A model generated the notes under the pieces. It ran no database searches and was not told the DNA's origin. It was given only the letters and a program-made list of their open reading frames with translations. From Catajapyx aquilonaris (lineage: Eukaryota), in contig JYFJ02000973.1 of the NCBI GenBank assembly GCA_000934665.2, positions 62,001 to 98,499 on the forward strand: DNA of 36,499 nt, written 5' to 3'. A program made the translations under genes and the position numbers. Below, one piece after another: positions 36,062 to 36,499 of the stretch. Numbering within the stretch: position 1 is the stretch's first letter; each line of letters starts with the position of its first letter.

Positions 36062-36193
36062 GTACTACTACTACTACTACTTACTACTACTACTACCACC
36101 GTACTACTACTACTACTTACTACTACTACTACCACCGTACTACTACTACTACTTACTACTACTACTACCACTGTACTACTACTACTACTACTA
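35962..36193. repeat. Compound (CTA)n/(CTG)n microsatellite
   Basis: CTA runs with periodic CCACCGTA and CTTA interruptions; explains the poly-Val/Ser ORF. Confidence 0.95.
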
Positions 36194-36195
36194 AT

Positions 36196-36370
36196 CAGGG
36201 ATGGGCACTAAATACTTGAATGTAATTAAATACTAAATACTAACTACTGCATAAAAATGTAATTAAATGCTAAATACTAAATACAGCACAAGAAAGTAAT
36301 TAGATACTAAATACTAAATACATCAAAAGTATTTAAATACTTTCGTAAATACATTTCAAATACATTTTTT
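36196..36370 (+). mobile_element. Left end of a hAT-like non-autonomous element
   Basis: Begins CAGGGATGGGCA and is followed by many AAATAC subterminal repeats. The partner TIR is not in the window. Confidence 0.6.
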
Positions 36371-36437
36371 GTTAATGCGAATTTCTTGCCATCATTATTT
36401 GTATAAAAAATGAAAACATAACATATTTCTATTATTA

Positions 36438-36499
36438 CGAGGCGCATCCAGAAAGTAAGGTCCATTTTTAAATTAGAAAAACCACAATGCACCCCAGAA
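36438..36499 (+). mobile_element. Mariner-type TIR running off the window end
   Basis: TA|CGAGGCGCATCCAGAAAGTAAGGTCC resembles TACGAGG..TCCAGAAAGTAAG mariner termini. Confidence 0.65.

Noticed and set aside
35989..36171. Poly-Val/Ser ORF
   Set aside because: Translation of the (CTA)n microsatellite.

Overview
Eukaryotic (metazoan), AT-rich, essentially non-coding DNA. I find no host protein-coding gene, RNA gene, CRISPR array or prokaryotic operon, and the supplied ORFs are nearly all chance frames. The window is a mosaic of small non-autonomous transposons, satellites and palindromes, with TAAT-rich unique blocks in between. The transposons include Tc1/mariner MITEs with TA target duplications, hAT-type MITEs, Helitron-like elements, one young internally deleted Sola1-like element that keeps its transposase C-terminus, and decayed RTE-like LINE pieces. 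The unique blocks look like vertebrate developmental enhancers, which suggests a gene desert or large intron of a non-mammalian vertebrate; this is inference, and neither organism nor locus was identified. The most unusual structures are a 769-bp composite palindrome (two Helitron-like 5' ends enclosing a mariner MITE), a perfect 71-bp palindrome, an orientation-switching minisatellite, and repeat families carrying transcription-factor motif cassettes. All alignments were done by eye, with no database searches.
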